DNA of 25,323 bases from a virus. Lineage: Duplodnaviria; Caudoviricetes. Under the pieces are notes generated by a model. The model worked only from the letters and a program-made list of their open reading frames with translations. It had not been told where the DNA came from and did no database searches. The DNA lies in the IMG/VR virus record IMGVR_UViG_3300027887_000046, positions 1 through 25,323 of that record. One strand, 5' to 3'. This document shows positions 23,928 through 25,323 of this stretch, piece after piece; within the stretch, counting starts at the first letter, position 1, and each line of letters opens with the position of its first letter. The position numbers and the translations under genes are program-made.

Positions 23928-23945
23928 ATCTTGTCGTGCTTTTTT
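23905..23945 (+). terminator. Intrinsic terminator of the repressor operon
   Basis: A6-GCACGGUGAGAU...AUCUUGUCGUGC-U6; three G-U pairs work only on the plus strand. Confidence 0.7.
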
Positions 23946-24004
23946 AATCTTTCTATGGTAAAATATTTATGTGCATGTAGGGCAAAACAGAAAAGGAAAA
24001 AATA

Positions 24005-24325
24005 ATGTTAAATGATTATGTTAGAAAAATTGGAAGCGGCCATCCTATAAAAGTACATTATCCAGGGGATAATAATAAATGGCAACCGATTTACGATCAA
24101 TTAGATAAAATGCCTGTTGTAAAATCTCCAAGAGAAAATTTAAATGATGGATGGATGTCGTTCGGTATAGTAGACAAAAAGCTTGCCGCTGGCGCAGCAA
24201 GCTCTGTGTCGTCCTATTGTGACAGGGTATTAAAATGCAAAGAAGCTAAGTGGCGTATCCAAACTACTATTGAAACAACGCCAGACGGAACTGTCCTGTG
24301 GCTCCGTAAAATCCAAATCAAATAA
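24005..24325 (+). CDS. Hypothetical protein (AT-rich island)
   Basis: 106 aa; AAAGGA RBS; TGGTAAAAT extended -10 near 23956. Confidence 0.65.
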   Translation: MLNDYVRKIGSGHPIKVHYPGDNNKWQPIYDQLDKMPVVKSPRENLNDGWMSFGIVDKKLAAGAASSVSSYCDRVLKCKEAKWRIQTTIETTPDGTVLWLRKIQIK

Positions 24326-24344
24326 TATCATATTTTTGCCTTAC

Positions 24345-24758
24345 ATGCACATATTTATGAAAAACAAACTGCCACCACCCGCAATAAAATACCGAATAAC
24401 ACTGGCTGAATTAGATCAATTACCAGATGTTTCTGGAGTCTATATTCTTGCATACATGGGGAAAGTTCTTTATGTGGGGAAAGCCAAGCATATACCAGAT
24501 CGAATTCGATGTCATTTTACTAACGCTCATAAAGAAGTATTGGGAAGTTGGATTCGCACTTACGATAATGACTGGCATAATATTCGATTAGATGTTCTTG
24601 AGGCGCCATTCGTCGGTGACGAAATGTGGATGACCTCAGCAGAAAATGCACTAGTCAAAATATTCAATCCGTTATTTAATACACATTTGCTACCAGAGAA
24701 AACGACTCTGATAGCTCCTGAAAAATTCAATCAATTAAACTTTCTCGAATATAACTAA
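24345..24758 (+). CDS. GIY-YIG nuclease (UvrC/Cho N-terminal-like)
   Basis: LPDVSGVYI...VLYVGKA..I.DRI..H...AE..L...FNPLFN; start at 24345 or 24357. Confidence 0.85.
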   Translation: MHIFMKNKLPPPAIKYRITLAELDQLPDVSGVYILAYMGKVLYVGKAKHIPDRIRCHFTNAHKEVLGSWIRTYDNDWHNIRLDVLEAPFVGDEMWMTSAENALVKIFNPLFNTHLLPEKTTLIAPEKFNQLNFLEYN

Positions 24759-24785
24759 ACCCACCGTTCACACGATGGGTTTAGT
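24754..24785 (-). terminator. Hairpin between convergent operons
   Basis: Minus-strand 14-bp stem ACUAAACCCAUCGU/ACGGUGGGUUUAGU with a GUGA (GNRA) tetraloop. Confidence 0.65.
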
Positions 24786-24813
24786 CAGGAGGGGGGAAGG
24801 GGGAAAGGGATAA

Positions 24814-25188
24814 TTACTTGACCATAATCTTTTCGATAATACCGACAAAGGCCAATATCAGGCTGACAATACTGATAAGCAGGGTTATATTTACGCTGCT
24901 CTGGCTCGCCTTGCCTTCCATCGTTGACTGGTATTTTTGGAGTGCCTTAATATCCTCCTCAACTTTATGATGATATATCTCGTATTCAGAACGCGGCAAC
25001 AGGTTTTTCGCCTGATCTAACATAGCCTGTCTAAAATTGTTTAGGCTCTCATGCTGTGCCGTGTTCACTTCTCGCGCCAGATCGTTGGCTTTCTCCATTG
25101 CAGCAAATTGCACCTCGATATAATCTCTCAGCGTCACGCCATCTGCGGCAGTGAAATTCTCCGGTGTTCGCTGCGATGTTTTTGCCAT
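24814..25188 (-). CDS. Coiled-coil protein with C-terminal TM (XhlA/holin-associated type)
   Basis: 124 aa; helical heptads, then a hydrophobic C-terminus; AAGGAGG RBS; last gene of the late operon. Confidence 0.6.
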   Translation of the reverse strand: MAKTSQRTPENFTAADGVTLRDYIEVQFAAMEKANDLAREVNTAQHESLNNFRQAMLDQAKNLLPRSEYEIYHHKVEEDIKALQKYQSTMEGKASQSSVNITLLISIVSLILAFVGIIEKIMVK

Positions 25189-25196
25189 ATCTCAAC

Positions 25197-25323
25197 TTAC
25201 GCCTCCTTTATCGGTGGGTTGATCTCTTGCACTTCAACCACAAAGTTTACCAGGTCAAGACTCAAAATCCGATATGTTCGTGAAAGCGGCTCCGGTTCTG
25301 GCTCCGGCTCCGGCTCTGGCTCG
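25197..25323 (-). CDS. C-terminal end of a protein with a Pro-Glu repeat linker (partial; possibly endolysin)
   Basis: ...EPEPEPEPEPLSRTYRILSLDLVNFVVEVQEINPPIKEA-stop; runs off the window. Confidence 0.5.
   Translation of the reverse strand, partial: EPEPEPEPEPEPLSRTYRILSLDLVNFVVEVQEINPPIKEA

Noticed and set aside
23778-23945. Mini-CRISPR array
   Set aside because: The repeats are only 13-16 nt, the spacing is unequal (60 vs 77 bp), and there are no cas genes.
1-25323. Alternative genetic code or stop-codon recoding linked to the odd tRNA
   Set aside because: Core genes are full length in the standard code and end in TAA, TAG and TGA; no split essential gene needing suppression was seen in this window.

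Overview
This window is a 25.3-kb segment of a tailed dsDNA phage or prophage with a siphovirus/SPP1-like head module. The host is unknown; several small membrane proteins recall filamentous Chloroflexota phages, but that is a low-confidence impression. Almost everything is on the minus strand. In transcription order (right to left) the window holds: the end of a late/lysis operon (25323-24814); an AT-rich plus-strand island with a GIY-YIG nuclease; a back-to-back CI/Cro-type switch (22860-23617) with no integrase visible; an early operon with an SSB-like protein, ERCC4 nuclease, Sak4-like AAA ATPase, J-domain protein, vWA protein, VapE/VirE helicase, an iteron-type origin, a PD-(D/E)XK nuclease and a primase-polymerase; a membrane-protein cluster; then terS, terL, portal, minor head protein, scaffold, HK97-fold major capsid, a beta-helix protein, tandem paralogous decoration-like proteins and head-tail joining genes. 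Signals the gene list does not explain: (1) ten exact copies of the 9-mer CTGCCGTTA packed into 10392-12096 across several genes, frames and both strands, beside a 4-TM coiled-coil protein and an uncalled basic 59-aa candidate DNA-binding protein; (2) two late leaders sharing a promoter / TGGGAATWGCNNNNTTTACC box / terminator layout; (3) a tRNA-like gene with an 8-nt anticodon loop; (4) three clusters of multi-stem structured RNA in the early operon; (5) a HARP-like/J-domain fusion protein. All analysis was by eye, with no database searches.
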